In this document: positions 25,642 through 37,981 of the stretch, piece by piece
How positions within the stretch are numbered: position 1 is the stretch's first letter
Layout of the letters: every line of letters starts with the position of its first letter
Assembly: GCF_963676685.1 (NCBI RefSeq)
Contig: NC_092357.1
Location: 13,764,001-13,828,000, forward strand
Direction: 5' to 3'
Source of the DNA: Mytilus edulis
Taxonomy: Eukaryota
Length of the DNA stretch: 64,000 nt
Position numbers and translations under genes: made by a program
The notes under the pieces: model-generated
Databases searched by the model: none
What the model was told of the DNA's origin: nothing
The model's input: only the letters and a program-made list of their open reading frames with translations

Positions 25642-28482
25642 GTCTAAATTTCCAGGAAGTCTTAAACAATTTTTTTTTAAAGTGTTACGGTTTATCAGAT
25701 GATGCATATTTTAAGATAATCAGTTTTTCATTTTACAATTCCTGACATGTCTATTATAGTGTGATACACGACGTAGACAAACAGTAAATATACATTTCAC
25801 TTATTCTTACTCGATTTTTCATTTTCCCGACCTGTTGATTCTTTAAATTTAATCAACGTGTGATTGTTTTATCTCACTTCTTTGTTGTTCAAAACTCGTT
25901 TATGATGTCCAATTTTTTAAGTTTTCTTCTGAATTTCTTTTTGTGACGTCTTATAAAGGCGACCATGCCTTCATACGTTACATATAAAGAACACATCTTT
26001 TTTGCAAATCATTTCAAGAGAAAAATTCGTTTGCCCGCAAGTTTTTTTTTTTAAATCATCAGAAAAACAGATTCCAACTAAATCTCGTGTAATACGATAT
26101 TTATTAACTCTCGACAGTTAAATTCTAAATATTTAAAATGCTCGGCGGTTTTCGCGTTTCAAATTTGAAAATGTAACTGTCTCGAGTGAATAAATATTGT
26201 TTAAAAATCATAATACAAACATTTTCCACAACTAAATCTCGTGTACTACGATATTTATTCAGTCTCAACAGTTCAAATATAAATATTTAAAATGCTCGGC
26301 AATTTTAGCGTTTCAAATTTGAAAATTTAACTGTCTCGACTGGATACATATAGTATTACAGTCGTTGCACTGGTAACATAACGGAATAACAGTACTGTAA
26401 TTGAAGAGTTGCCACCGTCAATTGTCGATTTGACGGTCGCAAAGACAGTTTTATCTCAAATCATCCGGAAGGGAAAACAAATCGTTCTCAACATTTGGTA
26501 CCCGTCGTGTCTCATCTCTTGTAATAATTTGATATAAATGATAATGGTAAAAAAAACTTATTATTTTATCAAGGTAAAATTTGCTGCATTATCGGTCAGT
26601 ATTATAACACTACACTAGAGGTATCAGGAAGGGTCATGTTTGCAGGAAATGACAATTAAGCACCTTCCTTCGCGGCGGAATGATAAATGGTTGTGAGAGA
26701 TATCAAACCATCCAGCTTATACATCTAACTAGCATTGAAGAGATCATCACAATGAAACACGTACAGTAAAAATCAGTTAAAAAGTCAGAGTTCGGTGTTA
26801 GAATAATTATAATAAAAATAATAATAAATAAGCTTTATTTAGAGTCGGCAAGGTCACAAACATAGATAAACCTAATATCTGATGAGCTTTTTATCGACAT
26901 ATGAGACATTTTTAACAATACAACATTTATAACAATACAACACATAATACACATGCAATAAATTTCACAGCACAAATGAAGCACTAAAAGCAAAATATAA
27001 GCAAAAACGAGGTATGAAAGCTAAATGCATATAAGTGTAAACTAGGCATAAAAGCTGGCAAAATGCATAGCATAAAATATTTAAAAAACGGGGTATGATC
27101 TAGATGGTAAATAAATTTGTCTAATATATTAACTAAAAGTCTGCACAATCTGTAGGTAACAGAAAAAATTTACGCCAAATGACTACGATAAACATTAATC
27201 AACAAATGACTACTAACACAAATGACAAGTCACCTGCAGATTGCAATACTACTGATTTAACATGTTTTTTTCTGTTAATGAATTTAGTCGTGTAGGCTCC
27301 TAAGAAGGCATCACATGATACTGCGCTAGGATTATGTGTTATTTCGTATCATATGAATTCCAAATAATAATAATATTGCCTTTCAAAACCATCATTGTCA
27401 TTCAAATTGTTTTGACAAGTATTGTGAAAATGAATTTATAAAGTTTAAGATTGCATGTGTGTTGCGTTAGCGACTCATTGTTTGCGATATCCTTTGGTGT
27501 TTTTTGTTGATGGTATATGTTTGCGTTTTTGTACTATAGGTTATCATACGGTTTTCAACAATAAACAAATTCCATACCGTATAGTCAGCTATAAAAGGCC
27601 GCTAAATGACAGTGTAAAACAATTCAAACGAGAAAACTAACGACCTAATTTTTGTATCAAAATATGTTACACATGGACACACAACAACCACAGAATTATA
27701 AGCTCCTGACTTGGGACAGGCGCATACATCAGAATGTGGCGAGATTAAACGTGTTTGCGGGATATCAACCCTACCTCTACCCAGAGTCAGTGGCATAACA
27801 GTAAAATATAAGAACATCTATAAAAATCATTTGTAAGGCTTAACTCGTCAGATGGATAAAACTACAAATACTACAAATACAACAATTTTGGCCGGGCACT
27901 TGTATATCGCAACTACAAAAAGACACCAAGTATAGATCTGAGAGTAATCGCATTTACGTTACTGACAGCTAGTTAAAAGCCACCAACAACTAAAAATGAA
28001 ATCTTCCATCTAAGAAAGATCGTTTCAAAATTTAATTTAGGGAGTTCAAATCACTACAACTAGACGTCATATCACACATATGTCAGACTTTGTATGGTTT
28101 CAGAGAGACTCAACCAAATCTGTCACTTCCTGTAGCAGTTAGGTAGTATTTCAACTGTAGTTTGTACTTACTATTCATGACTATATTCTGTTACATTGCA
28201 AACAAACAGTGGTTGTTGTTCAGATAAATAAAGCTAATTATTCCTCCGCATTGTATTAGTTTTAAGAAATTCTAATTCATAATTAATCAATAAGAATGTT
28301 TAAGGTTTGATTATTTTATTTCATTTTTATGATCATTTATTGTTTATCTTGTTTTTGCAATTTTATTATTCATATTCATTTAAATGCTCCTTTTGGATGG
28401 TATAACTTGGAATAGGCATTTCGTTTTTTATTTGTTTCTCTTTGGTAAAAATTGCAAACAACCCCCTGTTTAATAGTGGCAT

Positions 28483-28524
28483 GCGTCCTAAGCGCTTTTC
28501 TAGATTTACCTTCATCAGGAACAC
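28483..28524 (-). ncRNA. Minimal type I hammerhead ribozyme-like motif in a dispersed repeat
   Basis: Minus strand GTGTTC-CTGATGA-AGGTAAATCTA-GAAA-AGCGCT-TA-GGACGC: core boxes, pairable stem I, palindromic stem III, weak stem II. Confidence 0.6.
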
Positions 28525-29621
28525 TCAAAGCCAAACAATTGAAATCCGAGGGATGATCCGAGGGATGTATAAGTACCGAAAGAGTTGAAGCGCTACATGA
28601 CAAAAATACCAAAACAAATAGCCAAATTTTAACAAAGGTCAACTTTGTTTGAGGGAGTTGAAACAATGTACGGTTATTTATCATGTTTATAATGTATGTA
28701 TCACAGGACCTGAATCATTAATTATTTAGTTACGATGAGTATTGAATGTACTTCTTATGCTCAATGGTATTTGTTCGTGATTTCTGAGTGCACTTTTCGG
28801 TCTCTTAATTTTAATTCTAAATTGATGATGCATTACCATATTTTGTCTTTTTGAGTTTTATTCAGCTTTCATTTTTCCGATTGAATAGAATAAACACAAT
28901 GAGACATTATACTTTCATGTTTAAAGACTGTCGTGTTGTTGTCCAGTATTAATAGTATGTGTAGAACGATCATTTTAAAGCGGAAAAGATGTATTTGCTA
29001 AAATATGTCGATTTTGACTATGTTTCCTGAAGACAACTTTGATTACGTTGTTCTGGTATTTAATATGTTGTTAAAGTTATCACAAGCAGGAAATTGCACT
29101 TTTGTGCAAAGGTTAAAAGTCCGACAAGATAAGTCCTAACTATCTTAACAGTTGTTTAATGATATGTGAGAGAGTTCTACCTATAAGATAATCGACATTT
29201 GAGAAGGTATCAAAATCTGTTTACACTACAACTAGGACATTTATTTGTTTTCTCAGTGTTTTTTTAGGCATATTCCTGTCTATTTGAAATAAAATTTTCA
29301 AATAGTTTTATTAAAATAAAAATAAAATTTCAAATTGTTTTATTAAAAAAAAAAAAAAAAAAATTGACAATTAGGTACTGAAAGTTGGAATTATAAACTG
29401 AAAACTACGATATTATTTTGATAAGATTGATCACATTCTAGGTTGACGTCGTGCAGCTATATATGATGTGATGTCAAGGTAATGCTTTTCAGCCAATCAC
29501 AGACAAGATAATGAACAATTATAATACAACTATCTTGGCCGCTCTCTTACCAGTCCATTTAAGTTCATTGGTACTATATTGTTGTGGTATTTAACTAATA
29601 TTTTAAGGTTGTGTTTCCATT

Positions 29622-32600
29622 ATGGGTATGTACAAATCGTTTTTTTGGTATTTGTACCTGATATTAATATGGTATTTGAAACTGTCAATTAAATTCTTTG
29701 TATCTAATTTTTTCGCTGATATTAATTTTCTTTTAATTTAAAAAAAAATGATATTTTCGTAAATATTTGATTATATGCTATTGCCATAGCTTTTATGCAG
29801 ACCAAACCAAACTTGCACTTAATATCACGCAAATAACAACGAATCAACAGTTTATGAGGTACACAAAACACCAAGTTGTAATCTATTTATCTATGAAATA
29901 AAATAAAGAGATTGTTGTTGTCATATGTTTGAACAAGTATTAAAAGCTCATTTCACCATTATAACCATTTTAAGAGTGTAATAATGGCAATGTGGAAACG
30001 GGTTAAAATAAGTTGAAATAATTGTTCCCCAATCCACTATTAATGAATATGTTTTAAACTAAACTAGTTATAACCAAACATTTGAAGCAAAGTTAATAAA
30101 GATTCTAATGTTTCAGTGTTGTTGTTATCTGGATTGTTATGTGTACTTTTACTCAACATCACTGACCTTACTGGTGCATCTCGCAAGACGGGTGTTGGAA
30201 TAGTGAGAAGCAAACATTATGAGTGTTCAGATGAAGGCAATTTTAATAACGTTCATTGGTGGTGAGTATACAGGTTACTTAGCATAATCACGTGTCCCCA
30301 CACCTACCCCGCCCCTCACCTGCATGGAAGTGTGCGGCATGGTGTTTTTTTTTGTTTTTTTTTTTAGTATAGCAAAGTTTAAGAATACTTTAGATTCATT
30401 TATTTTCGTGGGTACCCATTTTCGTAGACTTCTGAGAACCTGCATATTCATGGATATTTGATTTCGTGTTTTTCCAAATGTCTGTATACAAATAAAATTG
30501 AGAATAGAAATGGGGAATGTGTCAAAGAGACAACAACCCGACCAAGTAAAAAACAAAAAACAACAGCAGAGGGTCACCAACAGGTCTTCAATGTAGCGAG
30601 AAATTTCCGCACCCGGAGGCGTCCTTCAGCTGGCCCCTAAACAAATATATACTAGTCCAGTGATAATGAACGCCATGCTAATTTCCAAATTGTACACAAG
30701 AAACTAAAATTAAAATAATACAAGACTAACAAAGGCCAGAGGCTCCTGACTTGGGACAGGCGCAAAATGCCGCGGGGTTAAACATGTTTGTGAGATCTAA
30801 ACCCTCCCCTATACCTCTAACCAATGTAGAAAAGTAAACGCATAACAATACGCACATGAGAATTCAGTTCAAGAGAAGTCCGAGTCTGATGTCAGAAGAT
30901 GTAACCAAAGAAAATAAACAAAATGACAATAATACATAAATAACAACAGACTACTAGCAGTTAACTGACATGCCAGCTCCAGACTTCAATTAAACTGACT
31001 GAAAGATTATGATTTCATCATATGAACATCAGGCACAATCCTTCCCGTTAGGGATTTAGTATCATACCATCATAACATATATGAGAAGAACATAACCCGT
31101 GTCATGCCAACAACTGTTTTTAGAATAAATGTGTTTAGTTCCGATGCAAAGACCTTATAAGTGACTCAATATTAACGCCAAAATATGCAATCTTTAATGA
31201 CTTGACAACAGTATCGTAATTATATCCCTTCTTAATAAGTCTATTCAAAGGTTTTGTAAGTTTCTGAGGTGAATACTGACACCTTTGTGCTTTATAAAGA
31301 ATATTTCCATAAAAATTGGATGTGAAATACCTGAACGTGTTAGAAGTCTGCATGTTGAGCTATATTTACGAATGATGTCTTTATACCGATGATAAAATTT
31401 AGTAAATGTTTTGACTAGTTTGTGATATCGAAAACCCTGGTGTAATAATCAGTAATACATAAATTTCTCTCGTTAAAATCTAAAACATTGTTACATACAC
31501 GAGCGAATCGTACAAGTTGAGATATATAAACACCGTAAGATGGTGACAAGGGAACGTCACCATCTAAAAACGGATAATTAACGATAGGAAATGAAAAATC
31601 ATCCTTTTTATCATAAATTTTAGTATTCAGCTTTCCATTAGTGATATAGATATGAAGATCGAGAAAAGGACAGTGGTCATTGTTAGTATTAGCTTTATTT
31701 AAAGTAAGTTCAACAGGATACATTTCATTAATATACATACTGAAGTCGTCATGATTGAGAGCCAAAATATCATCCAAATATCTAAAAGTATTATTAAATT
31801 TGTTTATCAGATGTTGTTTCGATGTGTCTTTGCTTATTTTTGTAATAAATTGTAACTCATAACAATACAAAAACAGGTCCGCAATAATTGGTGCACAGTT
31901 AGTCCCCATTGGAATTCCGATAATCTGACGATATACGGAATCCCCAAAGCGAACAAAAATCTTATCTAGTAAAAATTCAAGGGCATATATAGTATCAAAG
32001 CATGTCCAATTAACATAGTTTTTTTGTTTATTGCTACTAAAAAATGACCTAAAAGAGTTTGAACATATATATTCACATTCTGATTTTTGAAAATATGTTA
32101 TTCGTGGTTAATAATGGATAATAAGGAATCCACAATAGATGTAAACCAACAAGTGTTTGAATGTCCATAGCAAACACCTATCCTCTTATTTAGAATGGAT
32201 AGTCGAGGATATGATACTGTGTTTCTCACTCATATAGTAAAGGAATATTATAATGTTATGATACACTGCTGGTATTATATTTAAATATTGTACCTTCATC
32301 CAGCATACTTATAAGCATCCATGTTTCTGCTAGACAATATATACACACAAGGACCAATATGAATGATAGGCAGAAGGAATATCTGATGATAAAGTATATT
32401 TGACTACCATTATTTTTCCCGATCAGATCTGCTGTAATTTTGAGAACTATTCATTTTTTAATTGTATTATTTCAGGTCTGCTGTAATTTTGAGAACTATT
32501 CACTTTTTAATTGTATTATATTGCTTTACATCACTGTACGTAGCAATATATTTGATTTGTTATTCATGCAATTTTGAAATTATTACTTTGCAAACCTCGT

Positions 32601-34029
32601 TTAAATTGGTTGCCTTATAAAAGAGTTTATGTTCTTATGTTAAGAATGTCATATAGAATTTAGAATAAATCATGGAAAGAAGGAGATATTAAATACAAAA
32701 GACAGAAAGTCAACTTCAGTTTGGTTCTTGAAGATCAAATGAATAATAAATGCGTAATATTGATAAAATTTTTGAAAGAACTATGTACTTTTTTTTCAAA
32801 GAAAGTGTCAACTCATTATCGTTTAACTTCATTATGAAACGGAGTTTTTAACATATCACATCCAGCACATATACTCGTATAAACCATGGTGGTTATTAAA
32901 TATAAACATGAGTCTCATCTCATGTTTAATGTTCTGAGTGACATCATTTTGTTGATGAGGATCTGGTTGGGTTGGTGTGTGTCCCTTACCTCTGTGCAGT
33001 TTTTTTGATCATTTATTTTGTCGATCATTACTCCATCTTATATTATATTTTAGCATCTCTTTATACTCTTCTCTTTTCTCTATTTGCGTATTATTCTTCC
33101 TTCTTTTAACCAAGATTTTAAGAAATAAAAGTGTTCAGACCACATGAACAAGTCACTAACATTTCTCTCACTGTGGATTCATTTATTTTCAATATATAAA
33201 TATCAATTTTCATGGATTGACTATTCGTAGATATTTAACTTCGGATTTTAGCAAAGTAGGCATACATTCCTTTAGAAAATTTACACTTCGTTAAATATTT
33301 AAATTCGTCATGCACTTGTACCCATAAAACCCACGAAAATACCCAACAAATGTGAATGAATTTATCGATTTCTTTACTGTTTTCAGGTATGACTGGCAGC
33401 AATCACCTGATCACATGCACTCTCATCATCACTGTCCGGCAGACGTTAGAGCCGGATATGTACCGATGGTAAACGGCAAACATTTCGACAGAGGAATCAA
33501 TATTTCTGCAAATGCACATTATCTTCTAGGTTTTAATGACCCTGACCGTCGTGATCAGGCAAATCTATCAGCATCACAGGCTGCAGTCATGTGGAAGGAA
33601 TTGGAAGCAAATGCCGTAGGAAAGATCTTAGTTAGTCCTGCAGTTAGTAGTCTCGACTGGTTACAACAGTTTATGCAGCAATGTCATAATTGCAGAGTTG
33701 ACCACGTGGCTGTCCATGTCTTTAATTGCAATGCACACGAAATAATGAGAATACTTAAGCAAGCATGGGATAGGTTTGAAAAACCAATCTGGCTTACAGA
33801 ATTCGCTTGTCCCCATACTACATCAGCAAATGATCAACTTCGGTTAATGAGAGAGATTCTGCCACTGCTGGAGTCTGCGCCATATGTATATCGTTACGCA
33901 TGGTTTGCTAGTAGATGGATGAAACATTTAGATGGTGGTAATACGGTAGATATTTCAGCAACCCTGATAAAGGAAAACACGGTAGAACTCTCAGCGCTTG
34001 GACATTATTACAATAACTTTATGCATTAA
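29622..34029 (+). CDS. GH128-family protein, copy 3, 263 aa, with acid/base Glu changed to Asp (GFNDPD); exons 29622-29625, 30117-30261, 33387-34029
   Basis: Intact spliced ORF (MVLLLSGLLCVLLLNITDLTGASRKTGVG...); codon GAC at 33538-33540 where copies 1, 2, 4, 5, 6 and 8 have GAA/GAG; nucleophile WLTEF retained. Confidence 0.88.
30490..32090 (-). mobile_element. Second-family Penelope-like retroelement, 5'-truncated, antisense in intron 2 of copy 3
   Basis: ORF 31415-31909 MGTNCAPIIADLFLYCYE...FRYLDD...FLDLHI...YDKKDDFSF...YGVYISQLVRF; the ~640-bp 3' region has partial copies near 3560-3760, 27540-28010, 42845-43100 and 57880-58200. Confidence 0.88.
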
Positions 34030-34339
34030 CATTGGAGAAACTAATTTTGATTCAGCTCTATCAATAGTATGAATGCTTATTTTTTTGTAATACCATCATG
34101 ATAAAATTAATGCAATAAGGTTGATTACAGATATTATATATCTAACAAAAACACATCAGTTGTTTTCTATATTTGATTTACATTGTATATGATCCAACGT
34201 CAATTATTATAAATTAAGGAATGTATCTCCCTCGTGCAAAGTTCTGATTCCTTTCACGGATTTGGCTATACTTTGTGGACCTTTTGGATTATAGCTCTTC
34301 AACTTTTATAACTTTGGATTTCAAATATTTTGGCCACGA

Positions 34340-34383
34340 GCATCACTGAAGAGACATTTATTGTCGAAATGCAAATCTGGTGC
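34340..34383 (+). ncRNA. Minimal type I hammerhead ribozyme
   Basis: GCATCA-CTGAAGA-GACA-tttat-TGTC-GAAA-T-gcaa-A-TC-TGGTGC: stem I GCATCA/TGGTGC, stem II GACA/TGTC, intact CUGANGA and GAAA boxes, AUC cleavage triplet ending at 34377. Confidence 0.75.
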
Positions 34384-34789
34384 AGGAAAATTGGTACCGT
34401 TAATGTTATTGCATAAAAACTAGTTTGAAATCATTTTTTCAAATATGGTTATCTGATTTTATATAATTGATGCATTTGTCGCAGATGTATGCTTTATTTT
34501 AGAGCAGCAGTAACACTCGAAAGAGTTGTTTTCTATATTTTGATATACGTTTTTAAATATTCTAGGTATACAAGCACTTATCTTTTGTTCATCAAAAAAC
34601 ATTGCAGTTAATGATAAAATTCATCAAGAAAATATGGAGAAAATCTATGCAAATTCTTTATTTCCTTTGTATTTCTACACAGTTTAATCCTACATACAGA
34701 AGAAATTTGTTTTATATACTTGTTTCTTGTTCATGTGACTATATCAAACATCTAATTTATCTACACAGACTTTATAAACGTTTGTATAT

Positions 34790-35080
34790 AGTTATGAAAG
34801 GAACCAGGATTATAATCTTAAGAAGAGCGTTTCGTTTACGTACACTCATCAGTGACGCGAAAATCAAAATATTTATAAAGCCTAACAATTTCAAAATTGA
34901 AGAGTATAGAGGATCCAAAATTTAAAAACATAATTGTGCCAAATGCGGCTGAGGCAATTAATTCCTGGGTACAAAACCTTTAGTTTTTCGAAAGATACAA
35001 AGGAAAATTTATAAAAATGTCCATTTAATTGATATGCATGTAAACACCGAAGTGCTGACCACTGGGCTGATGATATCATC
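34790..35080 (-). mobile_element. Decayed hammerhead-containing short repeat (retrozyme/PLE-terminal type)
   Basis: Minus strand GCGTCA-CTGATGA-GTGTACGTAAAC-GAAAC-GCTCTTC at 34821-34860 (degenerate); relatives at ~6195-6245 (-) and 9650-9815 (+, CTGATGA box deleted). Confidence 0.6.
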
Positions 35081-36139
35081 TGGAGAAGAAAAGAAAAAAC
35101 GCCCTTCAAATAACAATAAGAATACAAAAAATACTATTAAGGACTATTAAGGAGTAGGTACTTAAGTTGATGACCAGCATTTTTGTTGGTGTGTCCTAGT
35201 AGTAAATCAAAATTATAATTAAACAAAGTAGAATAGCAAAATTATCAAACTAAAAACGGAAAGCCCAATGCTTCAACACATAAAGTAAATGCAAAACAAA
35301 TGTCATATTCTTAGCAAGATGTATTTCATTTTGAAAAATGGTGATTTAAACCTGGTTTTATAGCTAGATTAACTTCTCAATTGAATGATAATTGCATTAA
35401 GTTCATTATATTAATATATGGTTTTCCCGTTGTTTGAATGGTTTTACACTAGTAATTATGGGGCCCTTTATATCTTGTTGTTTGCTGTGAGCCAATGCTC
35501 TGTATTGAAGGCCGAACATTGACCTATAATGGTTTACTTTTTTAAATTGTTATATGGATGGAGTGTTGTCTCATTGGCACTCACACCACATCTTCCTATA
35601 TCTATATGCGTGACTTTAACAAACAGACATAAAAGGTGAAATTGTCAAAAGCTGTGGTACATCAACAAGATAGTTATATAATCTTAGTCATTATAAAACT
35701 CAAATAGTAATTTCATCAAAGAAAATATATTATTGACATGAATAGTGGTTTTAACTTAACATATAATAAAGCATTATCCCAATTGAATATGTTTTGTTAA
35801 ATAAGTCAGTATGTCCTGCAGTTCTTAAAAAACAAAGTAGAACACATGTAAGTCATATTAAAGATTCGTGTAAAGTTTTGGGCAGTCTTTCATGAATCAA
35901 TCATTGAAGCTCTAGTGTTTAACTCGGCATGAAAATGCCTCTAATGTGTAGTATTTGCATTTTATCCCATCATGGTAAGTACGGTTACACAGTTGCACGA
36001 CTATTAGGATATATCACCCTTATATTATATTCAGTAGTGAGATTTCCTTGAATAAAATGAACATCTTGGTACTGCAGTCGTAGTTCCCTAACGAAATAAT
36101 AAAAATGGTATTTATCATGATGCTTACAAATGATACGAT

Positions 36140-36541
36140 ATTTCTGTTATGACTTCCTTGATAGAGGGTTGCTGCTCACAAGGAAGCTATTAAACCAAGA
36201 GTTCTAAATGGTGAAGTTAAATCTTTCATTCTCAAATTTCACGGACGCCATCACGAATTAGTTGACCGTTATAGAATAACCGTTTCACACGGATTTCTTA
36301 TCACATAAGCAACATGAAGGATGTCACATGTGGAGCAGGATCTACTTACCCTTCCGGAGCGACTGAGATTACCCCTTGTTTTTGGTGGGGTTTGTATTAC
36401 TTATACTTTAATTTTCTATGTTGTGTCATGTGCACTATTGTTTGTCTATTATTTTTTTTTTTCATTTTCAGCCGTGGCGTTGTCCGTTTATTTTCGAAAT
36501 ATGAGTTTGACTCTCCCTCTGATATCTTTCGTCCCTCTTTT
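36140..36541 (+). mobile_element. Penelope-like 3' fragment
   Basis: Reverse-complement match to 10767-11230 with an internal deletion. Confidence 0.8.
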
Positions 36542-36965
36542 ACAGAAAACAAAATCATTGAAATTGTCATAATTATATTATATTTAGAACAATCGAAGGT
36601 GGCTATTTTTTTGTGTATATTGAGGGAAGAAATGATTATGACAACATTAGGTAGAAACATTGTCAGATCCTTGTCATTAAAGCCTATACACATGATCAGT
36701 AGTAATACTTGTATATGATGAACTTAAAGCAGAACATCCGTCACAGTCAGTGAGTATGCTATCTCCTTTGTAATATATGTCGGAACACATAGCGTACGAA
36801 CCAACTTAACGTTTATCTCACATACTGTTGAAATTAGGCTTCTAAATAATCAAAATAATCAAATAAAATTATTCCTGTAAATTTTGTGGTTCAAATATCT
36901 TGACAGTTTTGTATTTCTTCGTTGTACAATTATTAGGCTACACAAGAATGAATGATACAAGTATA

Positions 36966-37981
36966 CAGAGAAATCCGCGGGAACAGAAATAAACAAATGC
37001 ACGTGTGTAGATTGACAAATGTAAAATGTAAAAATGCAATCGAAAATAAATTGCTAAAGTTCCAAAACATCCAGTTGTAAAAGACAACAAGAAAATGAAA
37101 ATGATTTGACATCAAAAATTGAAGAAAAAAAATCAGCAGTAGAATCTTACTCTCATTGGATAATTGTAATAGGGTTCTTGGACAGAATAAACCATGTCTG
37201 AACCAGAAAGTAGATTTATAAAAATGGTGTGGATTTAAAGTTTGGTATTGAAAATTTAAAGAAGTGTAAGAATCAAACAGATTGCTGGGATGGTGTAAGA
37301 AATTATCAGACCAGGAACTTCAAGGGGGGTCAGATGAAGATAGGACATCAGGTGTTTTTCTATCACAGTAATTGTAAAGAGCCTGGAATAGCTGGAATTT
37401 GCAAGGTAGTGAAAGAAAGTTGTGTAGATTACACACAGTCTGCCTCTTAAGATCCTCATTATGATCAAAGTGCAAAGAAAGATGCTCCAAAGTGGTACAT
37501 GGTGGATGTAAAGTTTGAGAGGATGCTGAAAAAATTTATACCATTATCAAAACTTAAAAATCACTACATCTTAATCACAAGGCTGATGGTGGGACACTGA
37601 AAAATATGGCTTTATTCACAAAGGCAAGGTTGTCTGTACAACCTGTTACTCAAGAGGAATGGGATTTCGTATTAAACTTGGAGAATGAGAAGACATAAAG
37701 ATAATTTGATCAATGTTATGAATATCAGATGGATCAATTCGATAAAATGCACAGTTGGATATATATATGAGTAAAACATGAAGTGATGAATTTTTGTTTT
37801 ACAGGATGTACATATAGAACTGAAATATGTCTCATGTAAGAAACAAAATTACAAGACCTGAGAAGTTTAACATATATGGAATACAAATCTCATTGTGTGT
37901 AATTGTTAATCAAAATTGTCTGTAAAAATCATCAGTCATAACAGATTTCTATGTAAATAAAAATTAAATATTAAAAAAAAA
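36966..37981 (+). pseudogene. THYN1: Processed pseudogene of thymocyte nuclear protein 1 (EVE domain)
   Basis: Intronless SHW...SEPESRF...DLKFGIENLK...CWDGVRNYQTRNF...FFYHSNCKEPGIAG...DPHYD...PKWYMVDVKF...LKNMALFTKARLSVQPVTQEEWDFVL; stop at 37448-37450 and frameshifts; AATAAA 37956-37961, A-tract 37973-37981; candidate TSD AAGTATA at 36959-36965 and 37980-37986. Confidence 0.9.

Noticed and set aside
26075-26350. Local duplications (2 x ~150 bp here; also ~5400-5680 versus 6360-6640, 32428-32520, 38750-38870)
   Set aside because: Ordinary small tandem or dispersed duplications with no sign of function.
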